From the NCBI GenBank assembly GCA_963820825.1, contig CAWGBN010000009.1, positions 128,001 through 192,000 of the forward strand: 64,000 nt of DNA, in the 5' to 3' direction. A program made the translations under genes and the position numbers. The first letter of the stretch is position 1; every line of letters begins with the position of its first letter. Under the pieces are notes generated by a model. The model was not told where the DNA came from and ran no database searches. It was given only the letters and a program-made list of their open reading frames with translations. Source of the stretch: Vulcanimicrobiota bacterium. Lineage in GTDB: Bacteria > Vulcanimicrobiota > Vulcanimicrobiia > Vulcanimicrobiales > Vulcanimicrobiaceae. Of this stretch, positions 38,843-48,886 are shown piece after piece.

Positions 38843-41141
38843 TATCGTCGACGAACGGAAACTGCGGATGGCGGCACCGCACGCTCACGCGATAGCGCTC
38901 GCCGTCGCGTTCGAGAATTTTCCATTTTACCATCAGCGGCAGTGCCGCGCGCACGAGCCGGCGCGGGTCCCTGCGCAACTCGGGATCGACGAAGAGCGTC
39001 ACGGGCAGCGCGACCAACGCCGATTCGACTGCCGCGACCGCCTCGTCGAGCGTAAAGCGCTCCGTTCGTCCGTCGAGCCACGTGCCGAGCAACTGCGCCG
39101 CCGTCACCGGACGAATCGCGGCGAGCACGCGTTTCATGCGTTCGAGGCGCGGCTCGGGACCATCGTCGAGGCGTTTGACGCGATAGAGCATCGACAACCG
39201 CTTTGAAACGAACGGGTCGTAACTGACGCCGACGCAATAGATCGCGGCGAGCGGCGCGAGACGTTCGATCACGCCGCGCATCGGCATGATCCGTCCATCG
39301 GTCGTGTAATGTCCCTCCGGCGTAAGGTAGAAGGTAGCACCGCGACGGAGGATCCCCTCCAGTCGCGCAAGATCGCCGTCGAGATAGGCCCGGGTCTCGT
39401 CGAGGATCTCGCGCCGGTAGGGCTCGCGCACCGTCGTCACCTTGACGACGCGGTGCGCCTCTTCGAAGAGATCGCGCCGCAAGAGATCCGAAGTCTTGGT
39501 ACCGGGTGGAAATCGCGCGGCAACGCGCTCGTCGAAGACCTCCAAGAGCTCGAGTGGGCCGTGTCGCTCCTGCACCACCCAAGCGAAGGCGGTGAGTGCG
39601 CGCGAGCTTAGTTCGTTTTCGAGCGGGAGCATTCCGAGCGAGATGAAGAGCTGTCCCGCATTGACGCGACGCAATAAAAACTGCATCCACGGCAGCCGTT
39701 CGGCGAGAAAGCCCGGTTCGTACATGCGCCGCGAGCTCGCGGTGAAGACCGGGTGACGCCACGGCCCGCTCTCGACCGTCGTCGTAGCGACGATCGCCGG
39801 CGACTCAAAGTCGTGCTGGTGATTTGCGACGATTAACGTCGGCCCGCGCCGTCGCGGGACCGAGCCCCAGTGGCGTACGCGATAGGCGCAGTGGTCCCAA
39901 GTATAGTTCGAGATGATCGCAGCGGCTCGCAACGGCACCGCCCAGAGCGACGAAATCGGACGCCGGCCGACGCGCAGCACCGCAAGCGAAGCCAATGCGA
40001 AGCTGAATCCTGCGAGCCCGAAGACCGCTTGATATCCGGCACGCGTTCCGTGAAAGAGCCCGATCAGCCAGCCGCCGATCAGGGGGGCGACGACGTTGGG
40101 CAACAACGTTGCGATGCCCCAAAGGCCGAGGTCGCGCGCGACGTCGCGCAGTTTGGGAATCGCATCCATCGCCAGCGCCCAGCCGCTGGAGATCACGCCG
40201 CCAAAACCGATGCCGAAGAGCACCGCGAATGGAAGCATCCCCTCGAGTTTCGGAGCGAGCGCGAATCCGATGGTGGCGACCGCCATGCATCCTCCGGCGA
40301 GCGCCGTCACGATCTTGCGGGACATCCGGTCGGAGAGGAGCCCGAGATAGATGCTCGAGGCGACCGCGCCGATGACCGTTGCGAACGCATAGATCGCGGT
40401 TCCGGCCGAAGGATTCCCAACTCGCTGCACGTCGCGAAAGAAAAACAGCACGAACGTCTGCAGCATCACGAGTCCGAAGAAGACCAGCGTGCGGGCGGCA
40501 AAGACGACGAAAAAATCGTGCCAATCGCGCACGTGCGCGTGTTCTTCGCCGTCGTAGACGCCGTCGCCGATCCAAAAGAGCGAGAGCGCGCCGATCGCCA
40601 TGATTGCGGCCGCGACGAGAAAGGTGACGCTCGGATTCGGCATCGCGCCGGCGATGCCGAATCCCAAGACCGTGCCGGCGAGCGTCGTCGCGCCGCGAAC
40701 GCCCGAGACCGCGCCCCAGTTGCGCCGCGGCACCGATTCCGGTAAGAGCGCCTGATAGGCGCAGAGCGCGAGATTCGCTCCCGCCGCCGAAACGATCAGC
40801 CAGAACGCAAAGAGCAGAATCGAGTGCGCGTAGGCAAGTCCGACGAGCGCGCCGACGTCGATCGCGACGCCGACGGCGACGAAGGTCCGGCGCGAGCCGC
40901 CGCGACGGCGCAGCGCGTCGGAGAGCCATCCCCCAAGCGGCGGCACGACCATCGCTGCGAGCGCCGAGATGCTGGCCAGAAGCGAGAGCACCCAGACGTG
41001 ATTGCCGGGCGCGAGCGAGACGGTTGCCGCCGGTATGGCAATCGTCAACAGCGCCGTGTCTTGAAATGTCAGCGGAAGCCAGAGGAAGTTCAGTACCGCC
41101 CAGCTGCCGACTTGACGGGCGGGGGAGGATCCGTTACCCAC
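38715..41141 (-). CDS. MFS transporter fused to PlsC-like acyltransferase domain
   Basis: ~12 TM with GWLSD and GLLSDR motifs, then GPTLIVANHQHDFE and LTPEGH. Confidence 0.85.
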   Translation of the reverse strand: MGNGSSPARQVGSWAVLNFLWLPLTFQDTALLTIAIPAATVSLAPGNHVWVLSLLASISALAAMVVPPLGGWLSDALRRRGGSRRTFVAVGVAIDVGALVGLAYAHSILLFAFWLIVSAAGANLALCAYQALLPESVPRRNWGAVSGVRGATTLAGTVLGFGIAGAMPNPSVTFLVAAAIMAIGALSLFWIGDGVYDGEEHAHVRDWHDFFVVFAARTLVFFGLVMLQTFVLFFFRDVQRVGNPSAGTAIYAFATVIGAVASSIYLGLLSDRMSRKIVTALAGGCMAVATIGFALAPKLEGMLPFAVLFGIGFGGVISSGWALAMDAIPKLRDVARDLGLWGIATLLPNVVAPLIGGWLIGLFHGTRAGYQAVFGLAGFSFALASLAVLRVGRRPISSLWAVPLRAAAIISNYTWDHCAYRVRHWGSVPRRRGPTLIVANHQHDFESPAIVATTTVESGPWRHPVFTASSRRMYEPGFLAERLPWMQFLLRRVNAGQLFISLGMLPLENELSSRALTAFAWVVQERHGPLELLEVFDERVAARFPPGTKTSDLLRRDLFEEAHRVVKVTTVREPYRREILDETRAYLDGDLARLEGILRRGATFYLTPEGHYTTDGRIMPMRGVIERLAPLAAIYCVGVSYDPFVSKRLSMLYRVKRLDDGPEPRLERMKRVLAAIRPVTAAQLLGTWLDGRTERFTLDEAVAAVESALVALPVTLFVDPELRRDPRRLVRAALPLMVKWKILERDGERYRVSVRCRHPQFPFVDDIIAYQRRFLEETLENAAYAGAPEGQRVRIRQDEVAPTAARPL

Positions 41142-41154
41142 CTACCGCATGCCG

Positions 41155-41841
41155 TTACTCTTTGACGGCGTCGATCAATACGATCCCTCGGCCGCCGAAA
41201 TCGCGGAGCTGGTCGAGTGCCGCGACCGCCGCGCCGATCGGCGTATCCGGATTCGTCGCCTCGCTAATCGAGAATCCGGTTTGCTTTTTCGCTTGCGCGT
41301 CGATCGGATCGCGCAGCATGCTCGGCACGTTCTTAAATCTTCCGATGAGCCCGAGCATCGGGCCGGCCTTTTCGTCGAGCGTCTGCGGATCGACAACCAT
41401 GACGACGACGCCGTGACGCTTACCCGAATCGTTTCCTTCAAACGCGACAAAATCGAAGCCGAGCGCGCGGGTGTGCGTGCGCACCGCCTCGACGCCGTTT
41501 CCGCTGATCGCAAGCGTGTAACCGGACGGCGGATGGGCGCTCAAGTCGCCCAGCCAGGATTCGAGCGCGGCCATGTAGGCCTGGGTGCCCGCAACGACGT
41601 CGTGACCGTCGTACGTTCCGGCACCCTGCGAAAGAACGGCGCTATCGGCCATTCCGGGACGAGCGCGCACCGTCGTTCGCCACCCGCGCGACGAGAGAAT
41701 CTCGGAGCCGTCGAAGAGCGGAAACGTTACGGGGTTCGTAGCCGCCGGAGAGGCGCCGGCCGCGGCGGTACCGTGATTGGCGCTCGCGCAGGCGGTCAGG
41801 AGAGCGACGGAGGCAAGCAGCGCTAAGGATGAACGCGTCAC
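41155..41841 (-). CDS. Hypothetical lipoprotein
   Basis: LLTAC lipobox, 228 aa. Confidence 0.75.
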   Translation of the reverse strand: MTRSSLALLASVALLTACASANHGTAAAGASPAATNPVTFPLFDGSEILSSRGWRTTVRARPGMADSAVLSQGAGTYDGHDVVAGTQAYMAALESWLGDLSAHPPSGYTLAISGNGVEAVRTHTRALGFDFVAFEGNDSGKRHGVVVMVVDPQTLDEKAGPMLGLIGRFKNVPSMLRDPIDAQAKKQTGFSISEATNPDTPIGAAVAALDQLRDFGGRGIVLIDAVKE

Positions 41842-41890
41842 CGGCAGCGCTTTCGAGGAGAACCCCGGGACCCCCCGTAAGCTCCGGCGG

Positions 41891-42661
41891 GTGGCGCTCT
41901 CATACGGATCCTATCTCAAGGTAAACGAGCTCCTCGCCCTGCAGCAGCCGCTCTCCCGGCCGCACCATCACGACGAGATGCTCTTCATTATCATTCACCA
42001 AGTCTACGAGCTTTGGTTCAAGCAGCTCTTGCACGAGGTCGACGCGACGATGGCCGCGCTCGACCGCGATGACCTGTTGCGCGTCGCAAAGCACTTTCGC
42101 CGCATTCATGCAATCCAGCGGCTGCTCGAGCAGCAGGTCGACATTCTGGAGACGATGACGCCCCAAGAGTTCAACCAGTTCCGCGACAACCTCAATCCGG
42201 CGAGCGGCTTCCAATCGGTGCAGTTTCGCGAGCTCGAGTATGCCTGCGGCCTGCGCCAGGCAGAGCTGCTGAAGTGGATCGAGCTCGGCGACGAACAGCG
42301 CGCGCGCCTCGAACGCCGCGCGAACGAACCGTCGCTCTACGACCGGGTCAAGTCGCTGTTGCAGCGCCGCGGGTTCTCCACCGATTCCAGCGCCGAGCTG
42401 ATCGAGAGCTTCCGCCGGATCTATACCGACGAATCGACGTACTACGACCTCTACCTGCTGCTCGAGGACTTGATCGAGTTCGACGAGCGCTTTCTTCTGT
42501 GGCGCGGCCGCCACGTTCGCATGGTGGAGCGAATGATCGGTCAGAAGCAGGGCACCGGCGGCTCTTCGGGCGCGCGGTATCTCGAGGGTACGCTCGCGCA
42601 CCGATTCTTCCCCGAGCTCTGGGAAGTGCGCACCTATCTCGGCGAGGGAACCTACGCATGA
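41891..42661 (+). CDS. kynA: Tryptophan 2,3-dioxygenase
   Basis: YGSYL...LL.LQ, HDEMLFIIIHQVYELWFK, ASGFQSVQFR, VERMIG..GTGGSSG, FFPELW. Confidence 0.96.
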   Translation: MALSYGSYLKVNELLALQQPLSRPHHHDEMLFIIIHQVYELWFKQLLHEVDATMAALDRDDLLRVAKHFRRIHAIQRLLEQQVDILETMTPQEFNQFRDNLNPASGFQSVQFRELEYACGLRQAELLKWIELGDEQRARLERRANEPSLYDRVKSLLQRRGFSTDSSAELIESFRRIYTDESTYYDLYLLLEDLIEFDERFLLWRGRHVRMVERMIGQKQGTGGSSGARYLEGTLAHRFFPELWEVRTYLGEGTYA

Positions 42662-43797
42662 CCCGGCGCGATCAGTTTCCGATTCTCGCCAACTCAACCT
42701 ACCTCGTCAGCCATTCGATGGGCGCGGCGCCGCGTCGCGCGCGCGAGGCACTGGAGACGTATTGGGACGAGTGGGCCGCCGACGGACCCGAAGCCTGGGA
42801 ACGCTGGCTCCCGCGCATCGCCGAGATCGCCGACGGCATCGGCGCCATCATCGGTGCTCCGCCCGGCAGCTGCTTCTTAGGGCCGAACGTTTCCGTGCTT
42901 CAAGCGGCGATTGCAACCTGCATCGACTTCGGCGGCACGCGCAACGAAGTCGTCTACGAAGCGCTGCAATTCCCGTCGTTGACGTACGTCTGGCGCGAGT
43001 GGGAGCGCTTCGGTGCCGTCGCCAAAATCGTCGGCTCCGACGACGGCCGCACGATTCCGACCGAGCGCATCATCGCGGCGATTACCGAGAAGACGGCGAT
43101 CGCCGTGCTCTCGCATGCCTACTACGTATCGGGCGCGATCGCCGACGTGCGCGCGATTCAAGCGCACTGTCGTAGCGTCGGCGCGTTGCTCTGCGTCGAT
43201 GCCTATCAAACGACCGGCGTCTTTCCGTACGACGCGGTCGAATGGGATCTCGACCTGGTCACGGGCGGATCGCACAAGTGGCTCTGCGGCGGAGCGGGCT
43301 GCGGTTGGATCTATCTGAAACCCTCGCTGCTCGAACGATTCCGTCCGGCCGTCACCGGTTGGATGGCGCACGCGCGGCCCTTTGCCTTCGAGCCGGCACC
43401 GATCGCCCACGCCCCGTCGATGTACCGCTTCGGCAACGGCACGCCGACGATTCCCGGATATATGGTCGCCCAGCCCGGTCATCAAATCATCGCCGAGATC
43501 GGGGTGCCGCGCATTCGCGAACGCAACGTGCGCTTAACCGAAAGAATCGTGGCGATGGCGCTCGAGCGCGGATTGCGCGTCAACTCGCCGCTCGAACCCG
43601 CGCGGCGTACCGGCTGGATCGGCATCGACTTCGAAGATTCCGAGCAGGCGCACCGGCGCTTGATCGAGCGCCGGGTCTTCGTCGATTACCGGCCGGGATG
43701 CGGCATTCGCGTCGGCCCGCATTTCTATACGACCGAAGACGAGATCGACGAATTCTTCCGCGTTCTGCGAACCGTGGCATCGCTCGTGCCATCGTAA
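42658..43797 (+). CDS. kynU: Kynureninase-like PLP enzyme (aminotransferase class V)
   Basis: YLVSHSMG, DAYQ, GGSHKWLCGG, GW.AH..PF; coupled to kynA (ATGA). Confidence 0.85.
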   Translation: MTRRDQFPILANSTYLVSHSMGAAPRRAREALETYWDEWAADGPEAWERWLPRIAEIADGIGAIIGAPPGSCFLGPNVSVLQAAIATCIDFGGTRNEVVYEALQFPSLTYVWREWERFGAVAKIVGSDDGRTIPTERIIAAITEKTAIAVLSHAYYVSGAIADVRAIQAHCRSVGALLCVDAYQTTGVFPYDAVEWDLDLVTGGSHKWLCGGAGCGWIYLKPSLLERFRPAVTGWMAHARPFAFEPAPIAHAPSMYRFGNGTPTIPGYMVAQPGHQIIAEIGVPRIRERNVRLTERIVAMALERGLRVNSPLEPARRTGWIGIDFEDSEQAHRRLIERRVFVDYRPGCGIRVGPHFYTTEDEIDEFFRVLRTVASLVPS

Positions 43798-43811
43798 CCG
43801 TCGTGGACTCG

Positions 43812-45167
43812 ATGATCGTCGACCATACCAGAATTGGCGCCGCATTCCGGCGCCTTTCGATTCCGGTCGCCATCCAGATGCTCGGCGATCAGCTTCTCGG
43901 AACGGTCGATACGATCGCGATCGGCAGCTTGGGCGCAGTCGCGCTCGCCGGAGCGACCGCGGCGAACACGATCTTCATCGCGATTGCGTTCGCCGCATAT
44001 GGTTTCATCAGCGGCACCGCGATCGTCGCGGCGCAGCGGGTCGGTGCGGGCGACGTGGAGGCATTCGGGCGCACGGTGCGCGCCGGCGCGGCCGTGCCGC
44101 TGCTCGTCGGCATCGTCGCCTTCGCCGTCAGCCTAGCGGGCGCGAACGCGGCGATCCACGCGCTCGTCGGCGCGCTTCCGAGCGCGAACGCGAGCGCCGC
44201 CTATCTCGTCTTGCGCTGTTTGGCGCTTATCCCGATGGTCGTGTCGGGAACGCTCATCGTGGGTCTGGGCGCGGCCGGAAATCGACAGATCGGCGTCTTG
44301 GTGCTCGTCGTCGTCAACGCCATTCACATTCCGTTGCTCATGATGCTCTGCCTGGGCTGGTGGACGCACCACCCGTTCGGAATCGTCGGCGCGGGCGTCT
44401 CGTCGCTCATCGCCGAGAGCATCGCCGCAGTCTACGCGATCGTCTACGTCGCGCGCCGGCCGGCGTACCGCATTTTCACATCCTTCGGCTCGGTCGGGGG
44501 CGGGCTGCTCTCCTGGCCGCTCGCGCGCCAATGCGCGCTGCTCGGATTACCCGAAGCGATCTTCTTGCTCGGCGTCACCGCCCCCGATATCTTCATCGTC
44601 GCGATGCTCGCGCCGCTCGGAGCGATTGCGGTTGCCGCATTCCGCGCACTCAACGTCGTCTCGGATCTTACCTTCGTCGTTCCCAGTCCGTTGCAGAGCG
44701 CGACCCAAGTCGTCATCGGGCAACGGTTGGGAGCGCGCGATCCGGCCGGCGCGCGGGCGTTCTTCGAGCGCGCGCTGCGGATCTCGCTCGTCGTAACGAC
44801 GCTCACCGGCGCGGTCGTTGCGATCCTCGCGTGGCCGCTCGCCTACATCTTTACCCTCGATGCGGCCATCGCGAGCATCGCCGCGCTGCCGCTCGCGCTG
44901 CATATGGTGACGATGCCGCTCAAGGGATGGTCGATGCTCGCGCTCGCACCGATTCGTGCCTCGGGCGACACGCGCTTCTCGATGACCGTCGGGCTCTTCT
45001 GCAGCGCCCTGGTCATCCCGCTGGTTTGGATCGGCATCGAGCGGCTCCACCTCGGGCTCTACAGCGTCGCCCTCGGATGGATCGCCGCGTGGACCGTGCG
45101 CGCCCTGCTCACGCAATGGAAGCTGCGCGACGGGGCGTGGATGCGGCGGGCTCCGCTTGCGGCCTAA
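43812..45167 (+). CDS. MATE family efflux transporter
   Basis: LSIPV, VDTIAIGSLGAVALAG, AQRVGAGD, RASGDT; ~12 TM. Confidence 0.9.
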   Translation: MIVDHTRIGAAFRRLSIPVAIQMLGDQLLGTVDTIAIGSLGAVALAGATAANTIFIAIAFAAYGFISGTAIVAAQRVGAGDVEAFGRTVRAGAAVPLLVGIVAFAVSLAGANAAIHALVGALPSANASAAYLVLRCLALIPMVVSGTLIVGLGAAGNRQIGVLVLVVVNAIHIPLLMMLCLGWWTHHPFGIVGAGVSSLIAESIAAVYAIVYVARRPAYRIFTSFGSVGGGLLSWPLARQCALLGLPEAIFLLGVTAPDIFIVAMLAPLGAIAVAAFRALNVVSDLTFVVPSPLQSATQVVIGQRLGARDPAGARAFFERALRISLVVTTLTGAVVAILAWPLAYIFTLDAAIASIAALPLALHMVTMPLKGWSMLALAPIRASGDTRFSMTVGLFCSALVIPLVWIGIERLHLGLYSVALGWIAAWTVRALLTQWKLRDGAWMRRAPLAA

Positions 45168-45187
45168 AAGAATACTAGGCTCGTAAG

Positions 45188-46474
45188 ATGGCGTTTACCG
45201 AAGGCTTCATCTCGGATCTGGTCGGCCGCCGTGCGACGATCGACGACCTTCCGATCGGAAAGGTCACCGATTTGCTCGTCGGCAAGCCCGACGCGGTCTT
45301 TCCGCAAGTCGACGGCCTCGTCATCAAGACGGCGCAAGGTCTGCGGTTCGCGCCGATCGAGACGGTCTCGGACGTCGATCGCGACGGCAGCGTCGCGCTG
45401 ACGATCGCCCCGAAAGAGGCGGTTCCCCCCGAGCGGGAGGAGCTCTATCTCGTCGCCGATCTGCTCGACAAACAGATCGTCGACGTGGACGGCCGCAAGG
45501 TCGTGCGAATCAACGATATCGAGATTGCAAACACGGGCGGCGTGCTGCGCGTGGTCGCGGCCGACGTCGGGCTGGCGGGATTGCTGCGACGGCTCGGGCT
45601 GCGCTCGATCGGGCGCCACTGGCTCTCGCGCCTCCACAACGTTCCGCGCTCGATGATCGCCTGGGATTCGGTCGCACCGATCCGCGACGTCAACCCCTCG
45701 CAGGTGCGGCTCTCGGTCAAACAGAGCCGTCTCGCGCGCCTCCACCCATCGGAGCTCGCCGAGATCATCGGCGATCTCTCGTCGCGCGAAGCGCTCGCCG
45801 TCGTCGGACAGCTCGACGACGAGACGGCGGCCGATGCCTTCGAACATCTCGACACGGAGACGCGCAAGAATCTCATCGAGGAGATCGGCACGGAGCGCGC
45901 CGCCGACATCATCGAGGAGATGGACGCCGACGACGCGGCCGACCTTTTAGCGGAACTTCCCGAGGAGCAGCAGACGGAGCTGCTCGCGGAGATGAACGCC
46001 TACACCGCGGGCGAGCTTCGCGAACTCGTCAAGTACGACGAAGATACGGCCGGCGGCATGATGACGACCGACTACGTCTGGATCTATCCGCACCGCACGA
46101 CGGAGGCGACGATTCGCAAGATTCGCGAGATCGCGCCGGCCTCGGAGTTCATCTACTATCTCTACGTTCTCGACAAAGAGGACCGGCTGCTCGGGGCGCT
46201 CTCGCTTCGAGCGCTTCTGCTCGCGCTGCCGACGGCGTTCATCGACCGCATCATGGAGACCGATCTGGTGACGGTCGCTCCCGACGTAGCGGCAGTCGAC
46301 GTCGCATCGACGATCGCGAAGTACGACCTTCTCGCGGTGCCGGTCGTCGATGATGGCGGAAAGATGCTCGGCATCGTGACCGTCGACGATGCCATCGACG
46401 CAATCATGCCCGACGACGTGGCCAAGAAGCTGCCGCGCGTGCGCCGGCATCACCCGCGGCACGCGGTGACGTGA
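45188..46474 (+). CDS. MgtE intracellular-domain protein (PRC-like + MgtE_N + CBS pair), no TM region
   Basis: DLLDKQIVDVDGRKVVR, LHPSELA, YDEDTAGGMMTTDY, GIVTVDDAID. Confidence 0.88.
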   Translation: MAFTEGFISDLVGRRATIDDLPIGKVTDLLVGKPDAVFPQVDGLVIKTAQGLRFAPIETVSDVDRDGSVALTIAPKEAVPPEREELYLVADLLDKQIVDVDGRKVVRINDIEIANTGGVLRVVAADVGLAGLLRRLGLRSIGRHWLSRLHNVPRSMIAWDSVAPIRDVNPSQVRLSVKQSRLARLHPSELAEIIGDLSSREALAVVGQLDDETAADAFEHLDTETRKNLIEEIGTERAADIIEEMDADDAADLLAELPEEQQTELLAEMNAYTAGELRELVKYDEDTAGGMMTTDYVWIYPHRTTEATIRKIREIAPASEFIYYLYVLDKEDRLLGALSLRALLLALPTAFIDRIMETDLVTVAPDVAAVDVASTIAKYDLLAVPVVDDGGKMLGIVTVDDAIDAIMPDDVAKKLPRVRRHHPRHAVT

Positions 46475-47574
46475 GGCCCGAAGAGATCGTCGAGTTCAGT
46501 GAGGCCCTCGCGCGCATCGCCGCAACGGGAGGCGGGCCGAAAGCCCTTGCCGCGCAATTAGCGACCAGCGCCGAGGGCGGGGTCTTGCTCGAAGACGCGC
46601 AGTGGCATCCGCTCGCAACGGCCGGCGCGGGCCAGATTCCCGCAAGCGCGCGCGCCGTCGTCGAATCGGGCGCTTCCGGACGAGCCGCGCGGGTTGCAGC
46701 CGGCGACGCGAATCTCGGCTGGCTCTCGCTCTTCGGCGGACGTGCCGATGCCGAACTGCTCCTACGCTTGACGGCCGCCGCAATCGGGGTCGAGCTTTCG
46801 CGCAACGGCGCCGTTGCGCGCGAGCGTGCGGACGGCTTCTGGGAGTCGCTGCTCGCCGGCACATTCCACGACGCGAACGCACTTCGCGACGAGGCCGCCG
46901 CACGCGGCATCGCTCTGGCACCACTCTATCTCGCCGTCGCACTCGAGAGCGACGATCTCACCGCGCTGCGCTCGCTCGCGATGCAGACCTTCCGCAGCGC
47001 CGAGCTCGGCGTCGTCGAACGCGGCCCGACTCTGCTGCTCTTCGTACCGGCGGCGCGCACGCTCGACGCAAGCAATGCCAGAACGGCGGCGAGCTTGCTG
47101 CCCAAAAGCGCCGCCCGGCGCGCGCCGCATCTGCGGATCTCCGGCGGCGTAGGTACGGTCGAGACGCCGCCGGCTCTGCGAACGAGCGTGGAGCGTGCCG
47201 AAGCGGCACTCGCGGTCGGACGTCGCATCTACGGAAGCGGCAACGTCGCCATCTACGACGAGCTCGGCGCCTACCGCCTCCTCTACGAAGGCGCGAACGT
47301 CGAGCGGCTGCGCGCCTTTGCCGCCGAGACGCTCGCGCCGCTGCGCGCCTACGATGAGACGCACCAAACGGAACTCGAGCGAACCCTCAAGCTCTACTTC
47401 AAGTTGGGACAGAACGTGAAGACGGCCGCGGCCGAGCTCAACGTGCATCGCCACACCGTCTTCTACCGGCTGCGCCAAATCGGCGAGATCGCGACGCGCT
47501 CGCTCGATAGCCCACACGATCAACTCACCCTTCGTCTGGCGGTTGCAATTGATGAACTCCACACCTCGAACTGA
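46471..47574 (+). CDS. PucR/CdaR family transcriptional regulator
   Basis: YDELGAYRLL, LAPLRAYD, AAELNVHRHTVFYRLRQI. Confidence 0.92.
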   Translation: MRPEEIVEFSEALARIAATGGGPKALAAQLATSAEGGVLLEDAQWHPLATAGAGQIPASARAVVESGASGRAARVAAGDANLGWLSLFGGRADAELLLRLTAAAIGVELSRNGAVARERADGFWESLLAGTFHDANALRDEAAARGIALAPLYLAVALESDDLTALRSLAMQTFRSAELGVVERGPTLLLFVPAARTLDASNARTAASLLPKSAARRAPHLRISGGVGTVETPPALRTSVERAEAALAVGRRIYGSGNVAIYDELGAYRLLYEGANVERLRAFAAETLAPLRAYDETHQTELERTLKLYFKLGQNVKTAAAELNVHRHTVFYRLRQIGEIATRSLDSPHDQLTLRLAVAIDELHTSN

Positions 47575-48871
47575 GTGGCGCCGCCCGTCGGGCAAGCGCG
47601 ACGTCGTCCGGCTGGCGCGCGAGCGCGACGTGCGTTTCGTGCGCTTGGTCTTCGCCGATATCTTCGGCGTGAGCAAGAACGTTTCGATTCCGATCGACGA
47701 GCTCGACGCGGCGCTCGACGGGCGCGTCACCTTCGACGGCGGCTCGATCGACGGCTTCGTGCGCGGCGAGGAGCTCGACATGCTCCTGCGCCCCGATCCA
47801 TCGACCTTTGCGGTCTATCCGTGGCGTGCCGCCGGCGATGCCTGCGAAGCGCGCCTGATCTGCGATATCGCGATGCCCGATGGTTCGCCGTTCGAAGGCT
47901 GCCCGCGCACCACGCTGCGTCGAGCGATCGAAAGCGCCTGCGCATTGAGCGGAGTCAAGATCGGGCTCGAGGTCGAATTCTATCTCTTCGAGCGCCACGA
48001 CGGCGCGACCGCGTCGACCGCGACCTCGGACGTCGGCTCCTACTTCGATTTTTCGGCAAACGACCGGGGCGAGGAGGCACGCAACGCAATCGTCGCGGCG
48101 CTACGCGCGATGGGGGTTCCGATTAGCTCGGCGCATCACGAGCATGGGGCCGGACAACACGAAATCGACGTCGCGCACGACGATCCACTCGCCGCAGCGG
48201 ATCACGCGCTCACGCTGCGCACGATCGCCAAGCACGTCGCCGCCGATTACGGCTTGGAGGCGACGTTCATGCCCAAGCCGCTCGCCGAACGCGCGGGAAG
48301 CGGACTTCATGCCGATTTTCAGCTCTCCGCCTCGAGCGACGAAGAGACCGCCCTCTACGTCGTCGGCGGATTGCTCGCGCACGCGGCGGCAACGACGGCG
48401 ATCTGCAATCCGACGGTCAACTCCTACAAACGATTGGTCGCAGCCTGGGATGCCCCGATCTATGCGGTATGGTCGGAGCGCAGTGCGAACGCGCTGGTAC
48501 GCGTTCCGCCCGGACAGCAACCGGCGCGCGTCGAGATGCGCAGCCCGGATCCGGCCTGCAATCCCTACCTCGCGTTCGCGGTGCTCGTCGGTGCCGCGAC
48601 GGACGGCGTCACGAACGCAATGCTGCCCGGGCCGGCGCTCGTCGGATCGACCTACGACCTTACCGAGAGAGAGCGCCGCGAACGCGGAATCCGCACGCTG
48701 CCCAAATCGCTGCGCCAAGCGATCGCCGAGCTCGACGACGATCCGGTCGTGCGCGCCTCGCTCGGCGATCATCTCTACCACGCGTTTCGCGATGCCAAGC
48801 TCGAAGAGTACGAACGCTACCGCCGCGCCGTCCACCCGTGGGAGCGCGAGCAGTACCTGCGGCTCTATTAG
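47552..48871 (+). CDS. Glutamine synthetase-family protein (divergent active site)
   Basis: FDGGSIDGF, HHEHGAGQHEI, ATFMPKP, GSGLH, NSYKRLV, EMRSPDPACNPYL. Confidence 0.85.
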   Translation: MNSTPRTEWRRPSGKRDVVRLARERDVRFVRLVFADIFGVSKNVSIPIDELDAALDGRVTFDGGSIDGFVRGEELDMLLRPDPSTFAVYPWRAAGDACEARLICDIAMPDGSPFEGCPRTTLRRAIESACALSGVKIGLEVEFYLFERHDGATASTATSDVGSYFDFSANDRGEEARNAIVAALRAMGVPISSAHHEHGAGQHEIDVAHDDPLAAADHALTLRTIAKHVAADYGLEATFMPKPLAERAGSGLHADFQLSASSDEETALYVVGGLLAHAAATTAICNPTVNSYKRLVAAWDAPIYAVWSERSANALVRVPPGQQPARVEMRSPDPACNPYLAFAVLVGAATDGVTNAMLPGPALVGSTYDLTERERRERGIRTLPKSLRQAIAELDDDPVVRASLGDHLYHAFRDAKLEEYERYRRAVHPWEREQYLRLY

Positions 48872-48886
48872 TTCTAGGAGCTGCCG

